The notes under the pieces: generated by a model | What the model was told of the DNA's origin: nothing | The model's database searches: none | Seen by the model: only the letters and a program-made list of their open reading frames with translations | Made by a program: the position numbers and the translations under genes | In this document: piece after piece, positions 1 through 9,880 of the stretch | Layout of the letters: each line of letters starts with the position of its first letter | Numbering within the stretch: position 1 is the first letter of the stretch | From: Candidatus Omnitrophota bacterium | Lineage (GTDB): Bacteria > Omnitrophota > Omnitrophia > Omnitrophales > Aquincolibacteriaceae | Direction: 5' to 3' | Assembly (NCBI GenBank): GCA_022711115.1 | Contig: JAKLFP010000001.1 | Span: 133,183-197,182 of the forward strand | Length of the DNA stretch: 64,000 nucleotides

Positions 1-1884
1 CCGCCCCGCTGACATCAGATGCCAATCCAGGGATTGACCCGCATTCCATTCGTTCCGTTGCGCAAAATCATTCCCCATAAAAAGAAGTTTCTTACCGGGA
101 TGCGCAAAAAGATATCCCAGAAAAAGACGTACGTTTGAAAATTTTTCCCAATCACTGCCCGGCATTTTTTCCAATAGCGATTTTTTTCCATAAACAATTT
201 CATCGTGAGAAATCGGCAAGATAAAATTTTCCGAGAACGCATACGATAACGAGAACGCCATCGTCCCCTGATGAAATTTTCGATAGATGGGATCTTTACA
301 AAAATACTTCAGGGTGTCATGCATCCATCCCATATTCCATTTCATGCTGAACCCCAGCCCCCCCACATAGGTGGGCTTGGAAACACCGTACCAGGATGTG
401 GATTCTTCGGCAATGGTCAGAATCCCCGGAAAACGGGCGTGAACGACTTCGTTGAATGTTTTAAGAAAGGCAATGGCCTCCAGATTTTCACGCCCGCCAT
501 ACTTGTTAGGCTCCCATTCCCCTGGCTTACGGCCATAATCCTGGAACAACATGCTCGCCACCGCATCCACCCGTAATCCGTCCGCATGATATTTATCAAG
601 CCAAAATAAGGCGTTTGAAATGAGAAAATTGCGAACCTCCGGCTTTCCAAAATCAAATACCAAGGTCCCCCATTCAGCATGTTCGGCTTTGCGATGACTT
701 TCATAGGCATAAATCTGTTTTCCGTCAAAATTCATAAGACCATGCCCATCCCTCGGAAAGTGCGCGGGCACCCAATCAAGGATCACCCCAATGCCACAGT
801 GATGGCAATAGTCTATAAAATACATGAATTCTTTAGGGGTTCCGAAACGGCGGGTCGGCGCATAGTAATTGATGACCTGATAGCCCCACGATTCGTCCAA
901 AGGATGTTCCATAACCGGCATCAACTCAATGTGGGTATAACCCATGAATTTAACATACTCCACAATCTGGTGGGCCAGGTCACGGTAATTCAAAAATCCC
1001 CAGCCGTTCTTTTCCTCTCTTTTCCAGGAACCCAAGTGGACTTCATAAATGGAAACCGGAGAATGAAAAAGATCCTTTTGTTGCCGTTTTTCCAACCAAG
1101 CTTGATCGTGCCATCTATAATGGTCCAGTTGAGTCACGACCGCTGCGCTGTTGGGTCTTAATTCCGTTCCGAAAGCGTAAGGATCTGTTTTAAAACGGAT
1201 CCGGTTGTCTATCGCAGATCGGATCGCATATTTATAAATTTCTCCTTCTTTCAAACCTGGGATAAAAAGAGACCAAATGGCTGAAAAAGGAATTCTTGTC
1301 ATTGCGTGCGCGCCAGGATACCAATGATTGAAATTCCCGACAACGCTGACACTTTTCGCATTGGGCGACCAAACGGTGAAACAAACACCGGAAATTCCGT
1401 TGAAAGACATGGACCGGGCACCGAATTTCTCATAACTCTGATGATGCGTGCCTTCTCCGAGCAAGTGAAGATCAAAATCGCTGATCAAGTTCGGGAAAAA
1501 GGCATAAGGATCTTCCGTTTCCTTCAAAAACCCTGTTTCATCGCAAAATTCGATTTTATAAGGAAAAACCTCCGATCTATTTTCAAATACCGCCTGAAAC
1601 ATGCCCTGGGGATGTATCTTTTCCATGGATTTTCGCGCACTGCGCTGATGGAACGGGTAGACCCATGCCTCCGTGGCCCGCGGCAGAAAAACTCTTATCG
1701 TTACCGTATGATCCGTTCTTGAAGGATGAGGGCCGAGCAGTTTGAAGGGATCATTTTCTTCAAAATAAACGATTCCTTCCAGATCCTGAAGCGAAGGAAA
1801 AATCTCTGTCTTTTTTGAGAAAATCATTTTCCTCATCCCAGGTTTTAACAATTTACTTTTTTGTAATGGCTTCTTTTTTTTCAT
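1..1884 (-). CDS. glgB: 1,4-alpha-glucan (glycogen) branching enzyme, 3'-truncated at window edge
   Basis: Manual translation of the reverse complement gives a continuous frame from 1884 (ATG, MKKKKPLQ...) to position 1. It contains GH13 branching-enzyme blocks: EYVKFMGYTHIELMPVMEHP, GYQVINYYAPTRRFGTPKEF, LDWVPAHFPRDGHGL, LDKYHADGLRVDAVASMLF, FSMKWNMGWMHDTLKYF. It is absent from the ORF track because it runs off the window. Confidence 0.9.
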   Translation of the reverse strand, partial: MKKKKPLQKSKLLKPGMRKMIFSKKTEIFPSLQDLEGIVYFEENDPFKLLGPHPSRTDHTVTIRVFLPRATEAWVYPFHQRSARKSMEKIHPQGMFQAVFENRSEVFPYKIEFCDETGFLKETEDPYAFFPNLISDFDLHLLGEGTHHQSYEKFGARSMSFNGISGVCFTVWSPNAKSVSVVGNFNHWYPGAHAMTRIPFSAIWSLFIPGLKEGEIYKYAIRSAIDNRIRFKTDPYAFGTELRPNSAAVVTQLDHYRWHDQAWLEKRQQKDLFHSPVSIYEVHLGSWKREEKNGWGFLNYRDLAHQIVEYVKFMGYTHIELMPVMEHPLDESWGYQVINYYAPTRRFGTPKEFMYFIDYCHHCGIGVILDWVPAHFPRDGHGLMNFDGKQIYAYESHRKAEHAEWGTLVFDFGKPEVRNFLISNALFWLDKYHADGLRVDAVASMLFQDYGRKPGEWEPNKYGGRENLEAIAFLKTFNEVVHARFPGILTIAEESTSWYGVSKPTYVGGLGFSMKWNMGWMHDTLKYFCKDPIYRKFHQGTMAFSLSYAFSENFILPISHDEIVYGKKSLLEKMPGSDWEKFSNVRLFLGYLFAHPGKKLLFMGNDFAQRNEWNAGQSLDWHLMSAGR

Positions 1885-2134
1885 CGCAGCATGATCCTTC
1901 TGAAGAACATTTCTGATCTGGTCTTGTCATAACGCTACATTTATTATTTCGTTGGGATTTTGTATCATCATATTTTATTGAAAAAACAGGCATGCAAACT
2001 CCGGTTATTGTATCGAAAAACCATCTTTGATGACAGCAATGGTTTCTTTCCCGAATACACCTTCGTCCCCAAAGAAACCTCTATTCATTTCTTCGAAGAA
2101 ATATGCTATGCTCCGCGTTTGAGGAGGTTTTTCC

Positions 2135-2851
2135 ATGTCAGAAGAAAATATCAAGATCCATTACGACTTCCTTTTTAAAAATGGCGAAAAAAAGAACTTT
2201 ATCATCGAACTTGACCCTGAAACCCTTGCCCTAAAATCAATCCCGAATAAACACTATCCTGAATGGACCAAACTCACCTGCTCTCAGTGCCCCAATTGCC
2301 CTCTGGATGTTCAAAAATATCCGTACTGCCCGGTCGCTGCGAATCTCAGCCACATCACTGAGGAGATTTCACTTCATATTTCTTATGAAGAAGTCCAAGT
2401 GATTGTTCACACAAAGGCCCGCGACTACCAACGGGAGATCTCTCTCCAAAATGCTTTACGTTCTATTTTTGGAATCATCATGCCCACAAGCGATTGCCCG
2501 ATTATGGAAAAACTTCGTCCCATGGTGTACAACCATCTGCCCTTCGCGACAGGACAGGAGACCGCTTATCGCGTGCTTTCCATGTATGCACTCGCACAGT
2601 TTTTTATCACTAAAAAAGGCGGAAAACCAGACCTGGAATTTAAACTTCTTGAAAAAATTTATGAGGATGTCGAAATCGTAAATCGGGCTTTTCATCTGCG
2701 TCTTGTGAGTGCCGGGTTGACTGATGCAAGTCTCAATGCCATAGGCAATCTTAATTGTTATGCTCATTTCACGCAGATGGCCCTGGAACCCGAAAAACTA
2801 GGCAAAATCGAGAGCCTGTTCTCTTCTTATTTTAAGAATCCCCAGTCTTAG
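2135..2851 (+). CDS. hypothetical protein with CxxCxxCP...YCP cysteine motif
   Basis: 238-aa ORF and the only plus-strand gene in the window. It carries the CSQCPNCP and YCPVAA motifs. No family recognised. Confidence 0.5.
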   Translation: MSEENIKIHYDFLFKNGEKKNFIIELDPETLALKSIPNKHYPEWTKLTCSQCPNCPLDVQKYPYCPVAANLSHITEEISLHISYEEVQVIVHTKARDYQREISLQNALRSIFGIIMPTSDCPIMEKLRPMVYNHLPFATGQETAYRVLSMYALAQFFITKKGGKPDLEFKLLEKIYEDVEIVNRAFHLRLVSAGLTDASLNAIGNLNCYAHFTQMALEPEKLGKIESLFSSYFKNPQS

Positions 2852-2860
2852 GCTGTCACC

Positions 2861-3655
2861 TCACGACTTCTTGGGATTTACTTCTTTCTTCGGCTGATCA
2901 CAAAAAGTTTTGTAGGCTAATTCAATCACCTCCGAAGAAATAGCAAATGTGGCGTTATCGCGCCCTTCCCGGCCGGCAGCCACAATCCCCAAAAGGTCAC
3001 CCTTTTTGTCGAGAATCGGGCTTCCGCTGTCTCCCTTATAAACACTGAACGTCACACGCAAGTAAGAGGTGCGAACCGCTCCGTTAATGGGCTCTCTCTT
3101 AATACCGATGATCCGTCCTCCCGTAAGGGTGCCTTTAATGTATTCGGAATGCCCGATGGTATACACACTGGCTCCCTCGGAAATCTTGTCCGGTTTCGCA
3201 AAAGAGATGGAGGCAAGAGCAAACGGCGGATCAATCGCAAGAAAAGCAATGTCGGTGTTCGGAACCACCAGGACCTTTTTGCAGAAAACTCTTGTCCCAT
3301 CAAATAGCGTGACCGCAATACCTCCGGCTTCAGTTACCGTGTGAGCATTCGTGACAATCACACCGCTGGGATCAATGATCACCCCGCTTCCGCTTCGTTC
3401 GTATCCAACCGGTCGGATTTTGTTCAAGATCAAAATGCGACCGGTTGACTTATCAAAAATTCCTTGGGGTTGTCCGGCCAGAACGGTTGCATTGACGCTT
3501 TGGATGGTTACCACCGCTTTCGCTTTCTCCTGGATAATCTGCAAAGGAGAACTTTGCGCCCAACTTTCCGGAAGACGCATCAAAATCATCCAGCAAAAAA
3601 AGAGAAAACCGAAAAACCGTTTCCAGACTTTCAATAAGGTTATGATCCGGTTCAT
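2861..3655 (-). CDS. secreted trypsin-like (S1/S1C) serine protease
   Basis: N-terminal hydrophobic anchor. TNAHT (His), GDSGSP (Ser) and other chymotrypsin-fold triad motifs are present. No PDZ domain. Confidence 0.8.
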   Translation of the reverse strand: MNRIITLLKVWKRFFGFLFFCWMILMRLPESWAQSSPLQIIQEKAKAVVTIQSVNATVLAGQPQGIFDKSTGRILILNKIRPVGYERSGSGVIIDPSGVIVTNAHTVTEAGGIAVTLFDGTRVFCKKVLVVPNTDIAFLAIDPPFALASISFAKPDKISEGASVYTIGHSEYIKGTLTGGRIIGIKREPINGAVRTSYLRVTFSVYKGDSGSPILDKKGDLLGIVAAGREGRDNATFAISSEVIELAYKTFCDQPKKEVNPKKS

Positions 3656-4770
3656 GATTTAGATTCCGCCCCACGGGTCCAAAAAGGGGCTTTAAGTGCC
3701 GGGTTTTCAAGCAAACTGCCATAATGGAACACGACGCAGGCGCGACCGCCCGCTTTTTCACAGATGCGAAATTCCTGGGCGAAAATTTCCGGTAAAGCCA
3801 CCAGCTTATAAGCACCAACTCCGATATTAACCTTCTTAAAATTCAGTATTTTCTTTTTAGCGCCTGTGATCCATCGCTCATATTCGACGGGTGAGGGAGA
3901 ATAATTCATCATGGTCACAAAATTCACCATACCGCGATCCAGCCAGGAGCCCCAATCCTGAAAAGCCTCATGATAAGCCCTTGCGTACGGCATACATCCG
4001 GTCACGGAAACCTGAATATCAGGGCGAAGCGCCCGTGTTCGATGGATAAGCATCTCGAGAAATTCCGTCACCTGATCTCGCTTCCAGTTCTTCCAGACCT
4101 CACTTTGTTCCTCAATGGCCTGAAGGCCCGTGGCTTTTTTGAAACGCTGGGTATTCTCTTCTGTATAACCGTAGGCTGGATTCCGATCCGGATAACGAAA
4201 GTAATCAAATTGAATGCCGTCCAGATCGGGATAGGCGGAAAGAATCTCCTCGACCATGGTTGTGAGATCTTTTCTCACCCGTGTATCTCCTGGCTCGAGA
4301 AAATATTGCGCATCAATTTTATAATCCTCGAGAGTTTTCTTTTCTTGAAGATTCCTCGTCAAGATTGAAGTGCCGTATTTTTCAAGGAGCGGGGCTCGTT
4401 CGTTCACACTGAGACTTAACATGTTGAGCCAGGCGTGGACTTGAATCCCTTCTTGATGAGCCAGTTTGACAAGAAGCGCCAGAGGATCTTCACGAAGATT
4501 TTTCAAAGCGGTTTCATAAGGCGATGGATCCGCAATTTTTGAAGGAAACCATGACTGATTCGCCCTGTAAATTTGAACAAAAAGGGTCCCGATGCCGGCC
4601 TGCTTCGAGAAACTGATAAGCTTTGAGATTCCTTCCCGGCTTGAGAGTACCGGCGGATCCTGCACCAGCGATACAAAAAGCCCCCGCCGCAGCGGCTCCT
4701 GGCATGTTGCAGGGCCTGAGAAAGCGAGTAGACTGCATAAAAAGAAAATGAAAATGTTTTTTTTCATCAA
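3652..4770 (-). CDS. glycoside-hydrolase-like GHL10 family lipoprotein/secreted protein
   Basis: Signal peptide. GIQVHAWLNM and DGIQFDYFRYP blocks are typical of the GHL10/YngK TIM-barrel family. ATGA overlap with the downstream protease gene. Confidence 0.6.
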   Translation of the reverse strand: MMKKNIFIFFLCSLLAFSGPATCQEPLRRGLFVSLVQDPPVLSSREGISKLISFSKQAGIGTLFVQIYRANQSWFPSKIADPSPYETALKNLREDPLALLVKLAHQEGIQVHAWLNMLSLSVNERAPLLEKYGTSILTRNLQEKKTLEDYKIDAQYFLEPGDTRVRKDLTTMVEEILSAYPDLDGIQFDYFRYPDRNPAYGYTEENTQRFKKATGLQAIEEQSEVWKNWKRDQVTEFLEMLIHRTRALRPDIQVSVTGCMPYARAYHEAFQDWGSWLDRGMVNFVTMMNYSPSPVEYERWITGAKKKILNFKKVNIGVGAYKLVALPEIFAQEFRICEKAGGRACVVFHYGSLLENPALKAPFWTRGAESKS

Positions 4771-4853
4771 AACACTTTTTCTCCCTTGATAAGAATTGAA
4801 GAAATTATACGCTGTGAGGAATAGAAACCCTAGGCGATTTTAAACCCTGTGCA

Positions 4854-5414
4854 CTACTTCGTTAAAAGTTCTCTCTGTGATGCGCTTAATTCGCACCATG
4901 TCCCTGCCCGAAGACCATCCAGTTCAAAAGACCCGATCATCGTACGAATCAGGCGAAGCGTTGGGAAACCCACGGCAGCCGTCATGCGGCGCACTTGTCT
5001 GTTTTTTCCTTCGATTAATTTGAGTTCGATCCAACTTGTCGGCACAGAAAGACGGAATCGGATAGGCGGATGACGCGGAGGGTAACCGGGTTCCGCGATC
5101 AATCTGGCACGGCAGGGTTTTGTTTTTTTCCCTTGAATGATCACCCCTTTTCTCAATTGAACCAAAGCCTCTTCCGTAGCAGTTCCTTCTACCTGGGCGT
5201 GGTAGGTCCGCTCATGGGCATGGCGCGGATGCAACAAACGATCATTCCATTCTTTTTCATTACTCAAAAGCAGCAGTCCTTCGCTATCCCAATCAAGACG
5301 TCCGAGGGGATAGACTTCTTTGGGAAACCCGAAATCGGCCAAGGTTCGATGTCCTGGCTCTTTTTTCATGAACTGCGAAAGAACTCCATAGGGTTTATGA
5401 AAAGCCAAGATCAT
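4854..5414 (-). CDS. rluE: pseudouridine synthase, RsuA/RluE family (no S4 domain)
   Basis: LGRLDWDSEGLLLLSN catalytic-Asp motif and the KNRQVRRM motif. 186 aa. Confidence 0.8.
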   Translation of the reverse strand: MILAFHKPYGVLSQFMKKEPGHRTLADFGFPKEVYPLGRLDWDSEGLLLLSNEKEWNDRLLHPRHAHERTYHAQVEGTATEEALVQLRKGVIIQGKKTKPCRARLIAEPGYPPRHPPIRFRLSVPTSWIELKLIEGKNRQVRRMTAAVGFPTLRLIRTMIGSFELDGLRAGTWCELSASQRELLTK

Positions 5415-5830
5415 GACTTGGCTGCTTTCCCGTTGGTGGGAATGATCACAACATAGATTAATCCTCTGCGCAGGTTTGCAATCCTTTTAAATGTCGCTTT
5501 GGAAAGATCAATGGCCCGATGCAGGCGCTTTCCCGGCCCCCTGTCATTTACCCGGCAAACCGTCCATTTCAAATTTACCGCATTGATCACCAACAGCTTC
5601 TCTTGAAAAGGATAATCCCAAGAGGCACAAGTCCTATCCTGATCATTAAAACTCTCCCCGCTTGCCGTGTATTCATTAATATTTTTGTCTGTCTGGCTAT
5701 ACCAGGAAGCGATCCCGAATCGGAATTTCGAAAAGTCTATATTCGGAAAATGAGTGCGCAGAACATAAACATAGCTTCCAAAATAAATTCCAAAAACGGT
5801 AAGACAGAAAAACAAAATGCGTTGTATCAT
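5411..5830 (-). CDS. rlpA: RlpA-like double-psi beta-barrel (septal ring lytic transglycosylase family) protein
   Basis: GIASWY...TASGE...VCRVNDRGP...RAIDLSKATF is the DPBB/RlpA signature. Start moved to M12 (MIQRILFF signal anchor). Confidence 0.7.
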   Translation of the reverse strand: MIQRILFFCLTVFGIYFGSYVYVLRTHFPNIDFSKFRFGIASWYSQTDKNINEYTASGESFNDQDRTCASWDYPFQEKLLVINAVNLKWTVCRVNDRGPGKRLHRAIDLSKATFKRIANLRRGLIYVVIIPTNGKAAKS

Positions 5831-5837
5831 TTTTCCC

Positions 5838-6488
5838 CTAAAAATTTTTGTCGGGCTCAGCAAACATGGGCTGTGCTGCCATCCTGGATGCGTGAAAAAG
5901 ATAAAGCTTCCCGGGAACCGGTTCGGCTGTATTGAAAACAGGCTTGATACTCATGTCATGAAAAAGATAAAAAGCATCGGGTTCTTGTCTGCCTTGCCGG
6001 TAAATCTTTTTGAAATAACTCTTGAGACGGATTTTTTCCGGATCAACGATCTCGACATGGGTTTTGAGTTCAATCTTTCCCCAATCTGCGGATGCGCGCT
6101 TATGAAACAAAGCGAAAAGCTGTCCGTAACGAATGAGCACTTTAGGTCCTGAAACGAATTGCCTGGAATGATTGATAATAAGCCGGCTGAAGTCCTGGAC
6201 ATTAAAATAACGGATGCCTGTTTGAATGTCCACCGTGAGAACATCCAATCCAAAAATCCCCTGCACGCCGGCCTCAGCCAAAGTTATCGTATGATCAAGA
6301 AGATCCTGAAAAGACTGCCAAGCCATTTTTTCATCGCGCGAAATCACCGCGGCAAGATAAAGAGGGCGCATTTTTTCTTCTTCTTGCACGTCAAAACGTA
6401 AAACTTTTGAGGCCGATGCGCTATGGCAAATGATCGCCTCCCAAGGAGGCATTCCAGCAAAAACATTCGCCTGTAAAAGTTCATTCAT
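5838..6488 (-). CDS. hypothetical protein
   Basis: 216-aa ORF with good coding periodicity and no recognisable family. Confidence 0.45.
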   Translation of the reverse strand: MNELLQANVFAGMPPWEAIICHSASASKVLRFDVQEEEKMRPLYLAAVISRDEKMAWQSFQDLLDHTITLAEAGVQGIFGLDVLTVDIQTGIRYFNVQDFSRLIINHSRQFVSGPKVLIRYGQLFALFHKRASADWGKIELKTHVEIVDPEKIRLKSYFKKIYRQGRQEPDAFYLFHDMSIKPVFNTAEPVPGKLYLFHASRMAAQPMFAEPDKNF

Positions 6489-6493
6489 GGTTT

Positions 6494-7150
6494 TTAGTGT
6501 TGCTTCTCTTTTGCGGCAAAAGTGCTTGTTTCGCTGGTACCAAAAAGTTTTTTAACAAACTTCCAAAGAAGCTTGATAAGTAAGAAAGTCAGAAGAATCA
6601 AACCGGCGATAACGAATGCCGCGAAAACAGGATGTTTGATAAAAAACCAATACATAAAGATAACAAACCCTTGTTCAACGGTGCTTGCCGCAATATTCGA
6701 AAAAGGTTCCGGCGAAGTATTAATAGCCAAACGACCTGCCGCTTTAGCGATGTGGGTGTTTAGGGTGAGCGTCCCCGCGAAAAGTGCATAAAGAGCCTGA
6801 ACCGCAGCTCCGTGTTCGGAACCGGCAAGATAACCGATTGCAAAACCGCCAAGGGGCCGGACCACCGTATGCACGGAATCCCAGACGGAATCGACAAAAG
6901 GCACTTTGTCGGCGATGAACTCTATGGAAAAAATGATAAAAGCCACGCTAAAAACGAGCGGATTTTCAAAAACATAAAGCTCCCCTGGCAAATGGATCCA
7001 ACCGAAATGACCGCACAATCCCAGTAACCCAACCGAAAGGTAAACGCTGATCCCCGTCGACCATCCGGCTAGCATCAACACCAGTAGCTCTTTGGGTGAA
7101 TGCGCCCAAAACTTTTGCAACATGTCCATATTGATATTTTGAAACAACAT
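6494..7150 (-). CDS. DUF4126-like integral membrane protein
   Basis: Multi-TM hydrophobic profile. The FIADKVPFVDSVWD...RP loop resembles DUF4126. Confidence 0.5.
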   Translation of the reverse strand: MLFQNINMDMLQKFWAHSPKELLVLMLAGWSTGISVYLSVGLLGLCGHFGWIHLPGELYVFENPLVFSVAFIIFSIEFIADKVPFVDSVWDSVHTVVRPLGGFAIGYLAGSEHGAAVQALYALFAGTLTLNTHIAKAAGRLAINTSPEPFSNIAASTVEQGFVIFMYWFFIKHPVFAAFVIAGLILLTFLLIKLLWKFVKKLFGTSETSTFAAKEKQH

Positions 7151-7151
7151 T

Positions 7152-8138
7152 TCAGTTTTTAGTTGGGCTTCGATTTATAGGGTTAGCAGGCACGATCACC
7201 CGCAAAGCTTGAGGAATACATTCAAAAACACAAGGCGTCGTTTCAACAATCTCGGCGTCCACATGGACCGGGACCAGAGGATCGCTTGTAATCTTTATTT
7301 TGCGGCACTGAAAATATTCTACATCCGAAAGTTTTGTAATGTCTCGGTAACGCATGGTGGCAACATATTGGACCAGATTCCAAAAGCGACGGTTCTTCAT
7401 GACGATGACATCGAGCAAACCGTCATCCAGTAAAGCACGCGGTGCCGCTTTAAAATGGCCGCCGTAAAAACGTGCGTTGGCAATAATGACCAGATAACCT
7501 TCAGAGTGAAACAAAGGGCTATCTTCGGAACATACTCTTAACCGAGGAAAGGGATAGGTTAAAGACTCCAAAAGACCTTGAGCAATATAGGCCAGAGACC
7601 CAATAGAACGCTTACTGTCTGACCTGACGTTCTTAATCACGTGCGCATCATAGCTTAGTCCGGCACCCATTGCGAAATAATAGTTGCCCGCTTTACCGAC
7701 ATCAATGGTTCGCACCTGACCTTCCCGGATCACCCTGGCAGCCGCCTGCACGGCAAGCGGTATCCCCAATTCAATAGCCAGTGTGTTTGCGGTACCCATG
7801 GGAATGATCCCTAGAGAAGTCTGCGTCCCGGCAATCCCATGAACCGCTTCATTGATAGTTCCATCCCCTCCAACAACAACAATAGTGCGTTCGCCCTGAG
7901 CGACAAGATCCTGGACTGTCTTTTTGATATCCCCAAGCGTTTGAGTGATGAACGGCTGTGCCCGTAAACCTTCGCTATGGAAAGCCTTTACTATTTCACC
8001 CCCGATTCGGTCTCCCGGCCACCATCCTTCTTCTGATAAAGATGGAGGCTGGATTAGGATCGCTTCAAGCCACAAAGCAAATCTGGATTTTCGTCCCGCT
8101 TTGGGATTGATAATCACCGGAATTTCTCTTTGCTCCAT
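7152..8138 (-). CDS. diacylglycerol kinase-family lipid kinase (DAGK_cat, YegS-like)
   Basis: VVGGDGT glycine-rich motif plus the conserved catalytic-domain layout. 328 aa. Confidence 0.8.
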   Translation of the reverse strand: MEQREIPVIINPKAGRKSRFALWLEAILIQPPSLSEEGWWPGDRIGGEIVKAFHSEGLRAQPFITQTLGDIKKTVQDLVAQGERTIVVVGGDGTINEAVHGIAGTQTSLGIIPMGTANTLAIELGIPLAVQAAARVIREGQVRTIDVGKAGNYYFAMGAGLSYDAHVIKNVRSDSKRSIGSLAYIAQGLLESLTYPFPRLRVCSEDSPLFHSEGYLVIIANARFYGGHFKAAPRALLDDGLLDVIVMKNRRFWNLVQYVATMRYRDITKLSDVEYFQCRKIKITSDPLVPVHVDAEIVETTPCVFECIPQALRVIVPANPINRSPTKN

Positions 8139-8540
8139 AAAACTCCTCGATACCTTATCGATCAGTGCTGCTTTTGAACCAAAGGTTTAGATGCCAGATT
8201 CCTATTAACTTCAAGATATAAACATGTCGATTATTTTTAAATATCGGATGGAATAATACCTATCCTTACCCTATTTTTTTATGTTTCCGAAACCAAAGCT
8301 GATGGCTGACGCTGATTTAAAACTCAGTTTTAAAAATTCCCATCGCATGCTTAGAATTTAATTGTCTCCTAGGCGACTTAACCCTTTTTATTCCAATAAG
8401 TTACAAAAAAATTTATAGCGTAAAATGATCTATGCTGCAAGGGGTTCCACATTCATTTAGCTCACCCATAGATAGACAGTAAAGACCAAAACCGCTGGAT
8501 TTTGAAAAGTTCTGACTATTCATGATGAAAAAAGCGGAAT

Positions 8541-8777
8541 CTAATATTGAAACAGATCTTTAAGCGTAAAGCGCTGATCAGGAACAGCGAGCTTGAGTGC
8601 GGTAAGAATTTTCTGTTGAGCCCTAAGGGTCAGTCTTTTCCCCTTCCGCCCTTTTTGGATTACTTTGTGCGATAATTGTTGGGTGGAAACACTCACAAGG
8701 GCATGGTTTGAAAGTCCAAGCCGCTTCATGATTTCATCAAGCGGTTGAATCCCAAAATCATCCGTCCCCGTCATCAA
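8541..8777 (-). CDS. small hypothetical protein (78 aa), translationally coupled to rho
   Basis: ATGA overlap with the rho stop. It has weak resemblance to the Rho N-terminal helix bundle and to HTH folds. Unassigned. Confidence 0.3.
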   Translation of the reverse strand: MMTGTDDFGIQPLDEIMKRLGLSNHALVSVSTQQLSHKVIQKGRKGKRLTLRAQQKILTALKLAVPDQRFTLKDLFQY

Positions 8778-9880
8778 GAAAGCATTTCTTTGCTTACCGC
8801 TGCCAAAAACGCTTTATTGGTGGGATATTTTTGAAGCTGGGTAAGAAGCGCCCGGATCGCTTCAACCGGAGGCAGAGACGAAAGTGCTCGGCGCATTCTT
8901 CGGGCAGGTTCAAGTTCCGTGGCATCCAGCAAAAGTTCCTCTTTCCGCGTTGCGCTTTTAGGAATATCAATCGCCGGATAAATACGCTGATTTGAAATTT
9001 CACGGGAAAGAAAAATTTCCATATTTCCCGTCCCTTTGAATTCCTCAAAAATAACCTGATCCATGCGGCTCCCTGTATCCACAAGGATCGTGGCAAGAAT
9101 GGTGAGAGATCCTCCATGTTCAATCTTACGGGCAGATCCGAAAATACGCCTAGGTATTTCAAGTGATCGCGCATCCACACCTCCTGAAAGCGTCCGGCCG
9201 CTTGAAATTCGCTCGGCGTTATGCACGCGGGCAAGCCTTGTCAAAGAATCAACCAAGACCATTACGTTTTGACCTTCCGTAACTTCGCGATAGACTTGTT
9301 TCATCAGTTCATTGGCAGTATCAATGTGATGGTCATAACTTTCATCGGAAGAAGACCAGCGAACCTCTGCCGTCACGCCTCGCCTGAAATCCGTGACCTC
9401 TTCGGGTCTTTCATCAATGAGCAGACAATAGAGTTTAATTTGCGGATGGCTTTTTGCCACAGATTGGCAGATATGTTTAAGAAAAGTTGTCTTGCCGGAA
9501 CCCGGAGGCGCCACAATAAGACCTCGTTGTCCCATACCGATCGGACATATCAAATCCATCGCCCGCATGGTGAGCTCCTTAGAACCGTCTTCAAGCCGAA
9601 TCCGAGGCGATGGATCAATGGCAATACTCTCACGAAATTTTCGCGTTGCCTCATCCTCTTGCCAACGCGGCTCATGCTTCAAAGGTCCTTGCGATAGTCG
9701 CTGTTGTTTGTGCAAACCATGACTGTAACGATGATGATGTTTGGATTTTGAAAAATGGTTGGGATTAAAATTTTTCATAGACGGATTTTTAAAAAGCCGA
9801 ACTCCCTTATCATTATTTTGAAAAAATCGCCAAATGCCCCCAATAGGCTGTACAAGCGAAATACGCCCAAAGAAGCGCAA
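8774..9880 (-). CDS. rho: transcription termination factor Rho, atypical N-terminus
   Basis: Full Rho C-terminal ATPase domain: GQRGLIVAPPGSGKTT, LIDERPEEVT, GGSLTILATILVDTGSRMD, EEFKGTGNMEI, PAIDIPKSATRKEELL. The ~85 aa upstream are His/Lys/Arg-rich low complexity with no GFGFLR RNP motif. The start is uncertain: TTG at 9880 or ATG at 9778. Confidence 0.85.
   Translation of the reverse strand: MRFFGRISLVQPIGGIWRFFQNNDKGVRLFKNPSMKNFNPNHFSKSKHHHRYSHGLHKQQRLSQGPLKHEPRWQEDEATRKFRESIAIDPSPRIRLEDGSKELTMRAMDLICPIGMGQRGLIVAPPGSGKTTFLKHICQSVAKSHPQIKLYCLLIDERPEEVTDFRRGVTAEVRWSSSDESYDHHIDTANELMKQVYREVTEGQNVMVLVDSLTRLARVHNAERISSGRTLSGGVDARSLEIPRRIFGSARKIEHGGSLTILATILVDTGSRMDQVIFEEFKGTGNMEIFLSREISNQRIYPAIDIPKSATRKEELLLDATELEPARRMRRALSSLPPVEAIRALLTQLQKYPTNKAFLAAVSKEMLS

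Noticed and set aside
1-1900. The ORF track shows only short, mutually inconsistent ORFs here, suggesting non-coding or pseudogenised DNA
   Set aside because: Manual reverse-strand translation gives one uninterrupted GlgB frame from 1884 to the window edge. The long ORF is missing from the track only because it is not closed within the window.
1960-2178. 72-aa plus ORF in the glgB/hypothetical divergent promoter region
   Set aside because: It overlaps the start of the better-supported 2135..2851 gene out of frame and has no features.
8794-9234. 146-aa minus-strand ORF overlapping rho in another frame
   Set aside because: Fully contained within the Rho ATPase-domain coding region. Low-complexity translation.
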